Source: Takakia lepidozioides
Lineage: Eukaryota > Plantae > Bryophyta
Length of the DNA: 64,000 bases
Direction of reading: 5' to 3'
Assembly (NCBI GenBank): GCA_030704615.1
Contig: CM060733.1
Span: 33,232,001 to 33,296,000 of the forward strand
This document shows positions 38,002-52,000 of this stretch, piece by piece (the stretch's first letter is position 1; the number at the start of each line of letters is the position of its first letter). The notes under the pieces were generated by a model that saw only the letters and a program-made list of their open reading frames with translations, did not search any database and had not been told where the DNA came from. The translations under genes were made by a program, and so were the position numbers.

Positions 38002-39302
38002 ATGGAAGGTTTGGCTAAGGGCTCCAGTTTCTTTCAATCTCCCGCAGAGTTCAACAATGTAGAAGAGAAGATTCACACAATTGAACAGATTCAAGATGTT
38101 GGATTTCGGCCATTTTCTGCAGCAGCTGGTATAGCAAGGAGGAACATTTTACCAGAGTTGTCACCATTTGATGATCCTTCTAGGTTTGTTGAGGCCGCTG
38201 AGTTCATTGAAGGAAGACATAAAAAAATTACAGTTTGTCAAAAACAAACGAGTTGTAGAAATACAAGTGGATGAGGTATAGATTCTGCCTATTGCTCCAC
38301 CAAAGAGCTGAGTAGCAGCCCCAAGGAAGAAAGCCGCCAAGAAGACATTAGCAAAGGCAATAGTGGTTGAAGATGGAGATGACGATGCCAAAAAAATTGG
38401 GGTGACACCGATGTGGAAGCATTAATTGCGAGGCGAGATGGACCCCGAATTTGTGAAGAATGGCAAAAAGCAAGGTCTGATTATTACCCAAAGCTCCATT
38501 CAATGTTGAAAAGCTCTCAATCTGATTCAAGTTTGGATTTCTATAAGGTCAATTGACATTTACAGCTTCATGTAAAATAATACACCATTCACCAGTAGAG
38601 TCTGTCGAATTCAAATGGGTATTTCAATATTGAAATGGGCCATCTCAACGGTTCAAATGGACATTTCAATATTGAAATGGGCCATTTGGGCTACTCAAAT
38701 GGCCATTTCATTTTTGGTAGCCTTGTCGTACTGCCTTCATGGCCTCCAGTAGAATGGTGCTCTAGAAGCCCAAAATTTTTTGTCTTTTGCCTTGAAAGTG
38801 TTCTAATTTGTTTTTTTCAATCTTGTTTAAATTAGGGGTGGACATGTGGTGTCGTCTTCATGCTCAATTGTTGGCATTGATTCCTGGATTTACAAGGAAA
38901 TTCAACATACTCTTCAAGCAATATAAAGAGGAGAAATTGGCCGATGGGGTCTCGGGCAATGATCGTCATGAGTGTAAATTCTATGACTCAATGGATCAAT
39001 GGTGGCACCAGACAGGGACAGTTTTTAAGCATATTACAACTTCAACCAGTGACACCAATTTACCATGTCAAGGCAGTATAGAGCATATGGAGATTGCTGA
39101 CAATGAGCTGGAAACTGAAAATGAACAAGTGACACCGCCAGCAGCGGCTCCAAAGGGTAAGCAAAAATTCCATGATCAAGCTCTTTTAATGTTTGCTAAA
39201 GTAGTGGAGAATAGCTCCATCATGGTGAAAAATTTCCAAAGTACAAATGCTTTGCTGGAAAGGGTGGACTACCAAATGGACCGCCTAATCAACAAACTGT
39301 AG
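38002..39302 (+). pseudogene. Harbinger Myb/SANT-like DNA-binding ORF, degenerate
   Basis: RKFNILFKQYKEEKLADGVSGNDRHECKFYDSMDQWW is typical of the Harbinger second ORF. Confidence 0.65.
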
Positions 39303-39444
39303 TATGGCACGGCCTATTCATAATCTGATCCGGATGATTCTAGAAAGATACTTTGGACTCGCTCTTCAATTTTACATTGTAAAATGACTTGGCCAACAGC
39401 TCATGAGCTCTCGTAGCCTCGCCCAGCATTTTTTTAATCTTCTC

Positions 39445-40385
39445 TTACTTGTCTTTTCTGGTTTGTGGGCCTTCTTCCGCATTGTCATTGTCACTTGAGT
39501 CTCTCTCTTCATCAATATATCCAACCATTTCAGTTTGTACCACTGGGCACTGTAGTTGTCTCATTTGCTTTATTGCATCATCTGCAATATGGAACATGTC
39601 TTTGTTTTTTAAAATCCCCAAGTCTTTGATTGGCTTCTGTTTGCATTTCGAATTCAGCCTCTTTTGCCCAATCCATGTCGAAGGTTTCACCATGAATAAT
39701 ACATAGATTATGTAAGCAAAGGCACGTAGTGACAACGTCGGGGACATGTCGCAATGGCATGTCAATCCTCTTCAGCAATATCCTCCACCTGCCTTTTAGT
39801 ATTCCAAATGCTCTTTCCACAACCATGCGAGTACTAGATTGAATGAAGTTCCAATGTACTTTTTCTCGGGACAAACCATCTTTCTCACCGTTGAATGGAG
39901 AATAAAACCAAGGGCGCATTGGATAAGCGGCATCACCAATGAACTTATAAGGTAATAATGCTCCCTTCATGGTTCTTCTACCTATGCTGGTTTTCTGAAA
40001 TAAAGCCCAATGATGGGTTCTACCAGCCTAACCAAAGTCATAATCCCAAATCTTGCATTTTGCATCCACCACCCCTTGTAGCAACGCTGAATAAAACCCC
40101 TTACAACAGTAATATGAAACGAGATCATCCGGAGGTGTAATTATTGGTATGTAGCTTCCATCAATTGTTCCAAGTATGTATGGTATACCATGGAGGGCTT
40201 CAAATTCAGCTGAAATTATCTTTATCCGTGCTGAAGATGGTTTCTCAAAAACTAAGGGTCTCAAAAGATTTCTAATTGCTGTACAACATTCTCTCACTAT
40301 AATAGATGATGTATCAATGGCTACCCCATAGGTATCACCACAACCTAATAAGGTATTACCACTACCCAATCTTGATAAGGAAAGA
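39445..40385 (-). pseudogene. Harbinger DDE transposase (DDE_Tnp_4-like), frameshifted
   Basis: LSRLGSG, GTIDGSYIPI, KGFYSALLQGVVD, IGDAAYP, STRMVVERAFGILKGRWRIL, CLCLHNLC. Confidence 0.85.
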
Positions 40386-40768
40386 GGAGGTCCAAGAGTT
40401 AGAGGGGTGTGGAGCTATGAGAGACCCGAGGGTTTCATGGAGCGACATCTTTTAGGTTGTTTTTCAGAGAAGATGTTTCGACAGCGTATGAGGTTAAGTA
40501 CCGCTACTTTCAAATATTTATGTGAAGTTTTAGCTCCTCAAATTAGTAAGAAAGATACAAATATGAGAAAATGTATTTCAGTGGAGAAATTCCCAACGAT
40601 GGTGCGGCTCCGAAGACGGACAAAGCTGCAGGGGAAACTAGCAGCACACCAGTGGAATCTGACGACGACAGGCCTCAGTCCCCTTAGTTACTTTGTTTTT
40701 CGCATTTCGACGAAGCCATCGGCGATAGCCTTGCATTTTCTGCAAATGGAGTTTCCTGGTGGGTTTTT

Positions 40769-41090
40769 ATGGATTCGGACTCGTCGGAAGAAGCATCCGA
40801 GGACGAAGATGCAGCTGCAGAGTATCCTATACATGACTTTGAGGAACTGGACATTGCCGGGGAGGACAAATTGCATTGGATTGCTGCTTCCATGGAGGTG
40901 TTCAACAGAGAAGCTCCGGAGTTTGTTGTGCCGCCGGAAGCACACGCAATAGAGTTGTGCAGTATCTGCCTCCAATGTGTCCAAGTTGGAGAATATATGC
41001 GCACGGTGACAATCTGCGCACACTCATTCCACAGTGCGTGCGTTGAGACTTGGGCTCACCACAATGGCACATGCCCGCTTTACTGCCACA
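40769..41090 (+). pseudogene. Acidic tract plus RING-H2 zinc-finger fragment
   Basis: CSICL...CAHSFHSACVETW...TCPLYC follows the RING-H2 pattern, but Tyr sits at the usual eighth-ligand Cys position. Confidence 0.65.
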
Positions 41091-44000
41091 CTTCACAGAT
41101 ATTCAGCAAAAAGAGAAAGCTATTTGAAAGCTCATTATCCATATCTCTGGGAGAGAGGAATAGACATAGGGGAATCATCTGGACCTCTCACACCATTAAG
41201 GCCAGAGAGTACATCACCCGTTCATTTGCTTTCTTGATAAGTGAACAAGGAAACAGTCTCAATTTGGCATCATCGCCATTCTCATTCTTCACTATACACA
41301 TGTGCTCAAATTGGCTGATGTGTACATCAGGATCCTTTTTTCCTGCATATATTGGAAAATGTGGCTTTGCCTGTGTTGGAGGTACCGCCATCTGTGGCCC
41401 TACACCCTGCCCTCTGACAGGTGCTGGTCCTCCTATAGGTGCTGGTCCTTGAGGACCTGCTGTTGTATACCGGAAGAACCAGATTTGGATGCCACTCCTT
41501 TTTATTCTTTACAAGAAAGATTAAGGGATTTGGTACATGAAGAAGATCAGCCACGAGGGGAAAGATCTGAGGTACATCCCTGGGTTAAAGATTTGACAAA
41601 AATCTTTTATCAGAGTTGGCATGGAACACCAAGAGTAGGAACTCCAGTTTTTGAAACACAAGCCAAAGAAGGAGAGGAAGATGTGGCAGAGCCAACGGAG
41701 AGTTCAAACTCTCCAACACCATTTCAGTTGAGTTATATGAGTGAGGAAGAAGAAATCCAAGAGAAGAACTTGGAAGATAAAACAAAGAGAAGAACTTGGA
41801 AGATGAAGAAGTAGACCCAACAGTTGAGGTTGAGACTACAACCAGGACATCCCAACCTGTTGGACCTGGATCAAGTGGAGCACTTGGATCATAGGCCAAC
41901 ACAGGTGTCGGCTCAGGGGGATCAGGCAGGCAGCTTGGATCTGGCTCTGGGGGGACAGGGAGTGTGGGAAGTAATGCAACTGGAGCTGAGGGTACTGCAA
42001 GTACAGGGGGGCCAGTAGCAGGGAGTGCTCAAGGGATATATGCAAGGTTTCCTAATAATCATTTCTTAACCTGGAATGGCCTAAGTACAGCATTCCGAAA
42101 CAGGTTCAGGACAAGCAAAACTGAGGATGAAGTGTATGGGAGTCTACAACAGTTGAGGCAAAAGAAGCATGAAATTGTTGAAGAATATATGGAGAAAATG
42201 GAGTTAATGATGAAAAAGTTGGCTGTTGTACCAGCACCAGGATTACAAAAGACTTGGTTTGTGAGTGGACTAAGACCTGAATTACAAAAGAAAGTGGATA
42301 TGCTACCCCATAATATAGTAGAGAAGGCATTCGAAACAGCCAACAGAATTGAGCAATTGGGAATGCTCAAGGGAGATAAGAGGGATGATAACGACTCTGA
42401 AGATGAGTCAGATGAGGAATAAGAGCAAGAGCTCAGGAGGAAAAGCAAGAAGAAGGAAAATTTGAAGAGGGACAACTATGAAAAAACATTGGAAGAAATC
42501 TTGAAAAAATATGCCACAGAGGCTGCAACACATTGGAGAAAGGGTGTTTGGTGTGCAAAGTGCCAAAATGAAGGCCATACCACAGCTGAATGTCACATGA
42601 AGGAAAAACACTATACTATCTGTAAAATGGATAACCATTCTACTGAGAATTCTGTTATTACAATAGAATGACAGCTACAAAAGAACCCAGACAAGTGAGG
42701 GTGCATCAAGTGCAACCCCAGCCAATAAGAGACAATGACCAGGACCACTATGGTAGGCCTGGTGGATATAACAATGGTATGGCAGGAAGAGGTAATCCAA
42801 GAGGGAATTACCAAGGCAATCCCAGATGCAACTATCAGGGTAATCCAAGGGGGAATTACCAGCCAGGGAATCAGGATTATAGAAATAATCCCAGAATAGA
42901 CCAAGGGCGAGGACCCAATGGTGAACAACTGTGTTACTATTGTAACCGGGCAGGACATCGCAAAGCAGCCTGTCCATTCTGGATCCTCTTATGTTGGTTC
43001 CCAACATCCGAAGTCCAGTTTCATGAACTGCAAGGTAGGGGAAGTAGATTACTTGAAGCCCCCAAAACAACCTTGCGTTAACGCAAAGCATTTAGTGGGT
43101 TCACCGGACTGTTCTGGGATCTCAGGGTTAAGAGCACCACGATTCTACAGAAGCAGACAATCGCTATGCCACAGGCAGTGCAGCTGCTGAAGGAGCTGCG
43201 ATTGGAAGGATTGTTATGCAAGAAGTGGTCTTTTCATCATCGGGGGTTGATGATCCAATTCATTCAGAACTTTGAGCCTCAAACAAGAGTTATCAAGGTG
43301 AAGGGAGTAGATATAGAGGTTACTCCGCAGTATTTGCAACAACTGTTTGAATTACCAACTGGTCATGTGAACGTGGATGAGCACAGGGCAAGATTGCAAA
43401 TAGAGGATCTGTTCCAAGAAATGAGTTTCTTCAGGACCTAGGGATACACCTGCACCAAGGCCAAGTATCCAGGATTAAGGGAAGTTGGCCAAATACTGAA
43501 CGTTCTGTTTGCCATGAAACAGAACCAACAGTATCTTAGCAGATCTTTCACGGAGGAGGTACTGAAAGCCTTGAGAGGAGAGGATGTAGCTTGGGCGGAG
43601 ATGATGTATGGTCTAGTGGAGGAGATGAAGCGGTTACAAAATACTACTGCTAAGTCCCCGATCATTGTGTCTGGCCCAATAATTGCGCAAATTATCTTTG
43701 ACTCTTGTTTGCTTGATGCACGACAACACACGGTGATGGGAGTGTTTGAAACAGCCACAACTGCAATTGAGGAGCAAGGCTCTTCACAAGGTGAAGTGGG
43801 ATTGGAGGGGTAGCACCAGTCCAAGAGGTAGAAACGGGATGCGACTGTAGTGGCCGATCGACTAGCTACAAGAAAACCACAAGATGATGTTTCCATAGCT
43901 CTTGTGCAGGATGAGGAGCAGCAGCACAGGGGGCTGTTATTGCTGGAGGCATGGCCTTTGGAGAGGAAGGAAGAAGTTACCTCAGTATCACAGCCAGTTG

Positions 44001-45392
44001 ACCCGGTTGCCTCAGGGGTAACTCAGATTGTACATGCTGCCATACCGGAGCCTCTTGTTGGGGAAGGAGAAGGGTTGGACATCCCCACTACAGAGCAGGT
44101 AGTGGCAAAAATTGAGAAGGGTGACCTTCTCTATGAAAACTCTAGCATGGTCGGAGAACCAGTAGTACCAAAGATGAAGAGTCTGACCAAGGGAATCCCT
44201 GCTATGCAAGTCATGCCCAAACCTGTGGCGGAGGTTAAAGGGGTAGAGTACAAGGGGACAGCAGCACCTGTGGAGGATAAGGTTGCTCAGGAAGAAGATC
44301 ATGTGGGATCATGGCCTGACTGGTTTGTGAAACATCAAACTTTGGAGGATCAGGGAGAAAAACAGCAAGTTCTCCATGAAGACCCACAGCAGGCCATGCT
44401 TATGAGTTCCATAAGCAGGACACTTAATTTGTTGGGCACCTATGTGAAATCCCATGTTCCTTCCACATAATTGGCAGCATTGAGGGAGGAGCTCAAACAA
44501 GAGTTTGAGGCAAGAATTGCCACTGAGTGTGCAAATAAGGTGGATGTGGAGTAGGTAACAAGAATTCCACTGGAAGTAAGGCTTCCATACCATAAACTAA
44601 TTGGAATGGTGTATACTTAGTGGTGACTTTATATGAAGTCGTGTATGACCAACTTTGTATCCCAATCTGTTCTGTTTGCATTGACTATCTTAGCCAGGAT
44701 AGTACATAGTATTTTGTTGGTAGCGTCTGCCTGCCCATTACCCTGTGGGTAATAAGTTGTACTCTTCCTATGCACAATCATGAACTCTTTAGTCAATAGT
44801 TCAATGGTCTCACTAATGAAGTGACTTCCCTGGTCACTGATAAATTCCAAGGGACAGCCAAATCGTGTAAGTATGTTCTCATACAGGAACCTTGTTGTGG
44901 ACTTAGCTGTGTTGTCCCTCAGAGCTTTAGCTTCCACCCACTTTGTAGTATAATCAGTGAGTGTGATTATATACTTGTTCTGTGTATTCTTGGCCGGTGG
45001 GTTAATTGGTCCAACAAAGTCTAGTCCCCATTTCTGAAATGGTTCAGTAGGCATCGTAGGATGCAAAGCCATCTTCCCAGATCTCTGCAATGGTCCTAGC
45101 CTCTGACACTCATCACAACTCTTGCAATACTTGTGTACATCCTTGAACAAAGTAGGCCACTAGTAACCTGCAAGTAGTATCTTCTCCAAAATGACCTCCA
45201 ACCACTCCTTTATGAACTTCCTCCAAAACTTTATTTACTTCATGGTGGTATAAGCATCGTTTAAGTACTCCATCAGGGCCTAGCTTATACATTCTGCCCC
45301 CTACCATAATATAAGGTAAAGCCTTGATAGCGATTCTCTTCCTCTGCTCATTACCATAATTAGGTGGGCACTGACCATGAGTAAGGTAGTAT
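41090..45392. mobile_element. Scrambled, partial Gypsy LTR retrotransposon copy (gag, antisense-ORF and integrase pieces in mixed orientation)
   Basis: Segments match 46890-48815 (mostly +), 55740-57330 (inverted) and 51640-52510 (inverted integrase: KWGLDFVGP, SDQGSHF, YYPQGNGQA). Confidence 0.85.
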
Positions 45393-46090
45393 TGTTAGGG
45401 GGCTGCTTGGGACTTAGACGCTTTTACGGGTTCTGTGGGGTACCCTTAATTTTTGCGCAGACTGAGACCAACAGGAGCCTTAGGGGTGGCAGCAGCAGGC
45501 TTTAGGGGGGTTGCACAGCCCGTCACAGCCGCCACAGCCCGACACAGCCAGTCACAGCCCGTCACAGCCGCCACAGCCTTACACAGCCAGTCACAGCTCG
45601 GCACAGCTTAACACAGCCTGTCACAGTACATGGGGAACAGTTATCATTGGCAGGGAATGACTGTGAGGGAACGACATCTGCAGAAGGAACGTGTTACTTC
45701 AGGGATGACGGTTAATTAGTTAGGTGGTTAGAATAGCTTGCGGGCAGATAAGGGGAGCGGCAACGGAAAGAGGACACTTCACGGGGAGCGCTTCTTGGTC
45801 ATGTAGGAGAGGAGATCAGGCAGAGAGCAAGAACGAGAGCACGGAGAAGGAGGAGAGATGAACAATAGATGCTTGTTACATGCAAAGCTGTAGTGAAACT
45901 GTAGGGCGGATTAGAGTCACCATGGCATTGGCCTGATACCTGATAAATCATGATCTGATACTTATTCGATACAAGCACATTGTGTAGAGTGACATGAGTG
46001 AAGCTGTGAAATGAATGCATGATTAATTGGAATTAAATAGATACTGAAGCAATCTGATGCTTCAGTATCAGATAAGGTGAATTGATAACA
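45393..46090. mobile_element. Putative LTR (~700 bp) with TGTTA...TAACA ends
   Basis: Perfect 5-bp inverted termini at 45393 and 46086-46090. It lies directly before the gag region. No PBS or TSD was seen. Confidence 0.5.
45515..45626. repeat. CACAGC-core short tandem array
   Basis: cacagcccgtcacagccgccacagcccgacacagcc... ~10-bp units. Confidence 0.85.
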
Positions 46091-49000
46091 TGAAGGCAAG
46101 AAGGAATACAAATGGGAAGCACAACCATGATTCACTAGCTGTAGGTCATGACTGATTGTACTGAGCGGACTGAGTGCTTAGAAATATCCAACTCTTCTAT
46201 CTTGGAGTTTCCACCTCGGATAGCGAAGGGATGGGTGAGTAAAAGCCGTTCGACATTTGGCGACCATACTGGGGAACTGGGTCATGAACAGCCAGATGTG
46301 ACAGGCATCTGGTGGGATCATGGTGGTTGGAGAATTAAAGAATTTGATGTGAATCAAATTCCCTGTGAAACTGAGAAGGAAAGATTGTCCAAACAATTCT
46401 TTCAGAGGTTCTTGGAATTGCCAGACGGTTGTAAAGAAAACATTCTTAAGAGAGTGCATGATGCTGACCCTGAGTGGGGTCTGGAGAAAGGGGTGATAAA
46501 GATTTATCAGGTGGCCTGTAGAGGAAGAGCACGTTGGTTACCAACACTGGTTTATGTGATAGTGTTGCTATCCATTAAGCCAGTAGAGTTTGAAGGCTGG
46601 GAGGAAAGGAAGGTGAATGTTTATACTCATATGCATGAAGAGCTTGTATTGGTAAAGAATTGGATTCCAAAGGATATTTTGTGGATCAAACTCACACCAA
46701 GAACAGCTTTCTAGACTTGTTTGCCATATGGTTATATGGTAACGGAGACTTCTAGTATAGCCAAGGGTGCATTGAAGCTTGAAAGAAACCCAGGCATATA
46801 CGAGAGATACTACAGAAGAGAGTTTTGGTTATTGCCACATTAAAAAATGAAAGACATGGGACATGAGTGATAAAGAGAAGCTAGACTCCAGAGATATTTA
46901 GCAAAAAGAGAAAGTTATCTGAAAGCTAATTATCCATATCTTTGGGAGAGAGGAATAGACATAGGGGAATCATCTGGACCTCTCACACCATTTTGATCAG
47001 AGAGTACATCACCCATACCGGAAGAACTAGAGTTGGATGCCACTCCTTCTTTTTCTTTGCAAGAAAGATTAAGGGAATTGGTACGGGAAGAAGATCACCA
47101 CGAGGTGAAAGATCTGAGGTACATCCCTGGATAAAAGATTTGACAGAAATCTTTGATAAGAGTTGGCATGGAACACCAAAAGCGAGGAACTCCAGTTTCT
47201 GAAACGGAAGGTGAAGAAGGAGGAGAGGATGTGGCAGAGCCAACGGAGAGTTCAGACTCTCCAACACCATTGCAGTTGAGTTACATGATGAGTGAAGAAG
47301 AAACCAAGGGCAGAACTGGAGAGAGATGAAAACAGAGGGAAGAAATTGGAAGAGGAAGAGTATGAAGAAGTAGACCCAACAGCTGAGGTTGAGACTACAA
47401 CCAGGACATCCCAACCCGTTGGACCTGGATCAAGTGGAGCACTTGGATCACAGGCCAACGAAGGTGTCGGCTCAGGGGGATCAGGCGGGCAGCCTGGATC
47501 TGGCTCTGGGGGGACAGGGAGTGTGGGAAGTAGTGCAACTGGAGCTGGGATACTGTGAATATCGTGGGGCCGTAGTAGAGTGGGAGTGCTCAGGGGCCAC
47601 CACTGGGTGGAAGATCCACCACAACTACAACAGGTCCTCAAGGACCAGCACCAGCAAGGGGGCCAACATCTGTCAGTGGGCAGAAGGTAGGGCCACAGAT
47701 GGCGTTACAACCAACACGGGCAAAACCACCTTTTCCAATATATTCAGGAAAATGGGGATCCTGATGTACACATTAGCCAATTTGAGCACATGTGTATTGT
47801 GAACAATGAGAATGGCGATGATGCCAAGATGAGATTGTTTCCTTGTTCACTTATCAAGAAAGCAAGTGAATGGTATGCAAGATTCCCTGATAATCATTTC
47901 CTAACCTGGAATGGCTTGAATACAACATTCCGAAATAGGTTCAGGACAAGTAAAACTGAGGATGAAGTGTATGGAAGTTTACAACAGTTAAAGCAAAAGA
48001 AGCATGAAACTGTTGAGGAGTATATGGAAAAAATGGAATTGATGATGAAAAAGCTGGTTGTTGTACCAGCACCAGGTTTACAGAAGACTTGGTTTGTGAG
48101 TGGACTAAGACCAGAGTTGCAAAAGAAAGTGGATAGTATGTTACCCCATAATACAGTGGAGGAGGCATTTGAAACAGCGAACAGAATTGAGCAATTGGAA
48201 TGCTCAGGAGAGAGAAAAGGATGATGAGGACTCTGAGGATGAGTCAGATGAGGAAGAAGAGCAAGAGCTGAAAGGAAGAGTAAGAGGAAGGAGAAGTTGA
48301 AGAGGGATAACTATGAGAAAAGATTAGAAGAAATCTTGAAGAAGTATGCCACAGAGGCTGCAACACATTGGAGGAAGGGTGTTTGGTGTGCAAAGTGCCA
48401 GAATGAAGGCCATACCACCACTGAATGCCACATGAAGGAGAAACACTGTACTATCTGTAAAATGGATAACCATTCTACTGAGAATTGTTACTACAACAAA
48501 AGGACAGCAGCTAGAGAACCTAGGCAAGTAAGGGTGCATCAAGTGCAGCCCAGCCAAGAAGAAACAGTGATCAGGACCACTATGGTAGGCCTGGTGGTTA
48601 TAACAATGGCATGGAAGGGAGAGGTAATTCAAGAGGGAATTACCAAGGAATTCCAGAGGCAACTATCAGGGTAATCCAAGGGGAATTATCAGCCAGGGAA
48701 TCAGGATTACAGAAACAATCCAGAACAGACCAAGGGCGAGGACCTAATGGGGAAGAACTGTGTTACTATTGTAATCAGGCAGCCATCGCAAGGCAGCCTG
48801 TCCATTCTGGATCAGACACCAGAATGAGATGAGAGCTCCTGTGAATGAGGGGCCAGTGGTGGCAGCTCACATGGTTAGGCCATGTGTTGTACCAGAAGTA
48901 AGTACAATGATAGTAACGAGAAGCAAAGCCAAACTAATACCTCCAGTAGATGAGGAAGATGATGATAATGAAGATGGCAGTGATGTGCCTGAAGATGATG

Positions 49001-52000
49001 AGGCTTGGAGAGATGAGAAGGAACTGCACAGGAAGTGGCAGATACCATAAGGGAAATGCAGAAGAGTACTGATATTCCTATGGCAGATTCCTCTGATTCT
49101 GAAAGAGAAGAGGAAGTGAGTGAGGATGAAGGGAAGAAAGAAGCTGCAGACATGCAGAGTAATGAAGGGACTTTGGCTGAAGTAATATGCCAGTCCAAAG
49201 CAGAGATTACCATTGGACAGCTATTGGCTGTGGCACCTTATTGTAGACACAGGCTGTATCAAGCAATCAATCGAATTGCCCATGTGACAAGGAACACAGA
49301 CCTGAACAGCAAGGTGACCAGTTATAATGTGAAGCCGGAAGGGCGAGAAACAGTCATGGACTTTGATGATTCTATGCCAGTAATCCAATTGAGAATTGGA
49401 AGCACAGAACTAACTGATGTACTGATAGATGGAGGCTCTGGAGTGAATATCATGACAGACCAATTAAGGCAGAAGCTTGGTCTAAGTAACATGAAGCCAG
49501 CCCAATTTACAGTAACAATGGCAGATCAAAGAAGTGTATAGCCACTGGGATTGATAAGAGGAGTTAAGATACAGATTCAAAGATGATCTTTATGATCACA
49601 GTAACTGTGTTAAAAATGGATGAAGTCATGGAAGCTTACTCCTTATTGTTGGGACGTCCGTGGCTGGCTGAAACAGGCCAGGGTATTCCATGACGGAATT
49701 CACAGTTACTAACTGTGCATGATGGGATGCACAAGATACAAATTACCACTAAGAAATCTAGTAGATTACCTGCTACGAGAAGACCTCGAGGGGTCAGGGA
49801 GTATGACTGGGGGGGAGGACTGGATGAGGAGCAGGAAGCTACCCTGTTCGCTGCACACCCAGAGTGGGAGCAGGTTGTTGAAATGCAGCTGGAAGGCCTA
49901 AGTTGTTTAAAAGGTATCTGTTGTGGTGTAGTGACAACAACACCAATTGAAGGTGAAACAAGCAGTTACCCACCACATTTCTATGAAGAAAGAGAAGGAG
50001 AAATGGAAATCCTAGAGGAACCAGCCACTGTGAGTTTACAGGATGAAGTGGTGACTGGTTGGACAATCACAGCTGATGAGCAGGTGAGAGAAGTGAATGT
50101 GGGAACTGAAGAGGAACGAGGATGGTGAAGGTAGGGGCTGATTTGGAGCCCGAATTCTTTGAGGAAGCTAAGAGTTTGTTCATCAAATACAGAGATGTAT
50201 TTGCTTGGAGCTACGAGGATCTAAAGGGATACCACCTGAGATCTGTCAGCATAAGATTGAATTGGAACCAAGGTCAGTACCAATCAAACAGGCAAGGTAC
50301 AGAATGAATCCCAACTATGCACAGAAGGTTGGAGAAGAGATCAAGAAGTTGGCTGAGGCTAAGTTTATATACCTGATAGAGTATACAACTTGGTTGTCAC
50401 CCATTGTGATAGTTTCCAAGAAGAATGGTAAACTGAGAGTTTGTGTGAACTATAAGAAGTTGAATGCTTGCACGAAGAAAGATCCTTTCCCTTTGCCATT
50501 CACAGAAGCGGTATTGGACACTGTGGCAGGCCATGAGATGTACTCATTCATGGATGGGCTTCAGTGGTTATAATCAAGTGCAAGTGGCAGAAGAAGACCA
50601 GGGAAAGACAGCTTTCATCACAGACTGGGGTGCTTATGCATACAAAGTCATGCCTTTTGGACTTTGTAATGCACCAGCAACCTTTCAGAGAGTGATAAGT
50701 GAATCTTTTCATGAGTATTTGGATGATTTCATGCAGGTGTTCTTGGATGATTTAGTGTGTACAGCTCTAAGAATGAGCACTTGCATAAATTGGAGTTATA
50801 TTTGGCCAGATGCAGGATGAGAGGTCTGGGCTTGAATCTAGAGAAGTGTACTTTCTGTGTGAACTCAGGGGTGCTTTTCGGACACATTGTGTGTAAGAGG
50901 GGACTTCTTGTGGATCCCAGGAAGACAGAGGCCATTAAAGCCTCTCCACCACCAGTAAATGTTAAGAGTCTAAGGAGATTCCTTGGACAAACCAGTTATT
51001 ACAGAAGATTTGTCAAAAGGTATGCACAGATAGCAGCACCATTGAGCAAGCTTCTGAAGAAAAGATGCAGTGTTTGCATGGACAGCTGAATGTCAACAGG
51101 CTTTTGAGGAACTTACATTGTCAGTAACAACTACACCTGTGCTGATTAACCCTCACTGGCATGTAGTATTTCATGTTCACTGTGATGCCTCAGGAGAAGC
51201 GTTGGGAGCGGTGTTAGCCCAAAATGTTACAGGAAATATAGATTCACCTGTGTACTATGCTAGCAGGTTGATGAACAGCGCTGAAAAGAACTATAGCCCA
51301 ACTGAAAGAGAAGCACTGGCAATGATTTATGCAGTCAAGAAATTCAGGCATTACCTATTGGGAAGAAATTTATGTTTTATGTGGATCACCAGGCTCTGAT
51401 ATATCTGGTGAACAAACCTTTGATAAGTGGAAGGATAGCAAGGTGGTTAATAATCTTGCACGAGTTTGAGTTCGAAGTTGTTTACAAGCCTGGCCGTTTG
51501 CATCTTGTGGCAGATCATTTGTCACGCCTAACAACAGGAGAGCCCGCCACAGGAGTAGACGAACAATTACCTGATGCGAGTTTATTTGCATGGAGGTGCA
51601 AGGAAGTGCAGATGAATGGTTAGATTGGCAGTGGCCAATCAGATACTACCTTACTCATGGTCAGTGCACCTAGTTATGGTAAGGAGCAGAGGAAGAGAAT
51701 CGCTATCAAGGCTTTACCTTATACTATGGTAGGGGGGCAGAATGTATAAGCTAGGACCTGATGGAGTACTTAAACGATGCTTGTACCACCATGAAGTAAA
51801 TAAAGTTTTGGAGGAAGTTCATAAAGGAGTGGCTGGAGGTCATTTTGGAGAAGAGACTACCAGTAGGAAGATACTACTTGCAGGTTACTGGTGGCCTACT
51901 TTGTTCAAAGATGTACACAAGTATTGTTAGAGTTGTGATGAATGTCAGAGGCTAGGACCTTTGCAGAGATCTGGGAAGATGGCTTTGCATCCTACGATGC

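Larger units (their letters stand above)
37886..40590. mobile_element. PIF/Harbinger DNA transposon, degenerate
   Basis: Convergent Myb/SANT-like ORF (+) and DDE transposase (-). Candidate left end is TTA followed by GGGTTGTACAC at 37883-37896. Confidence 0.8.
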
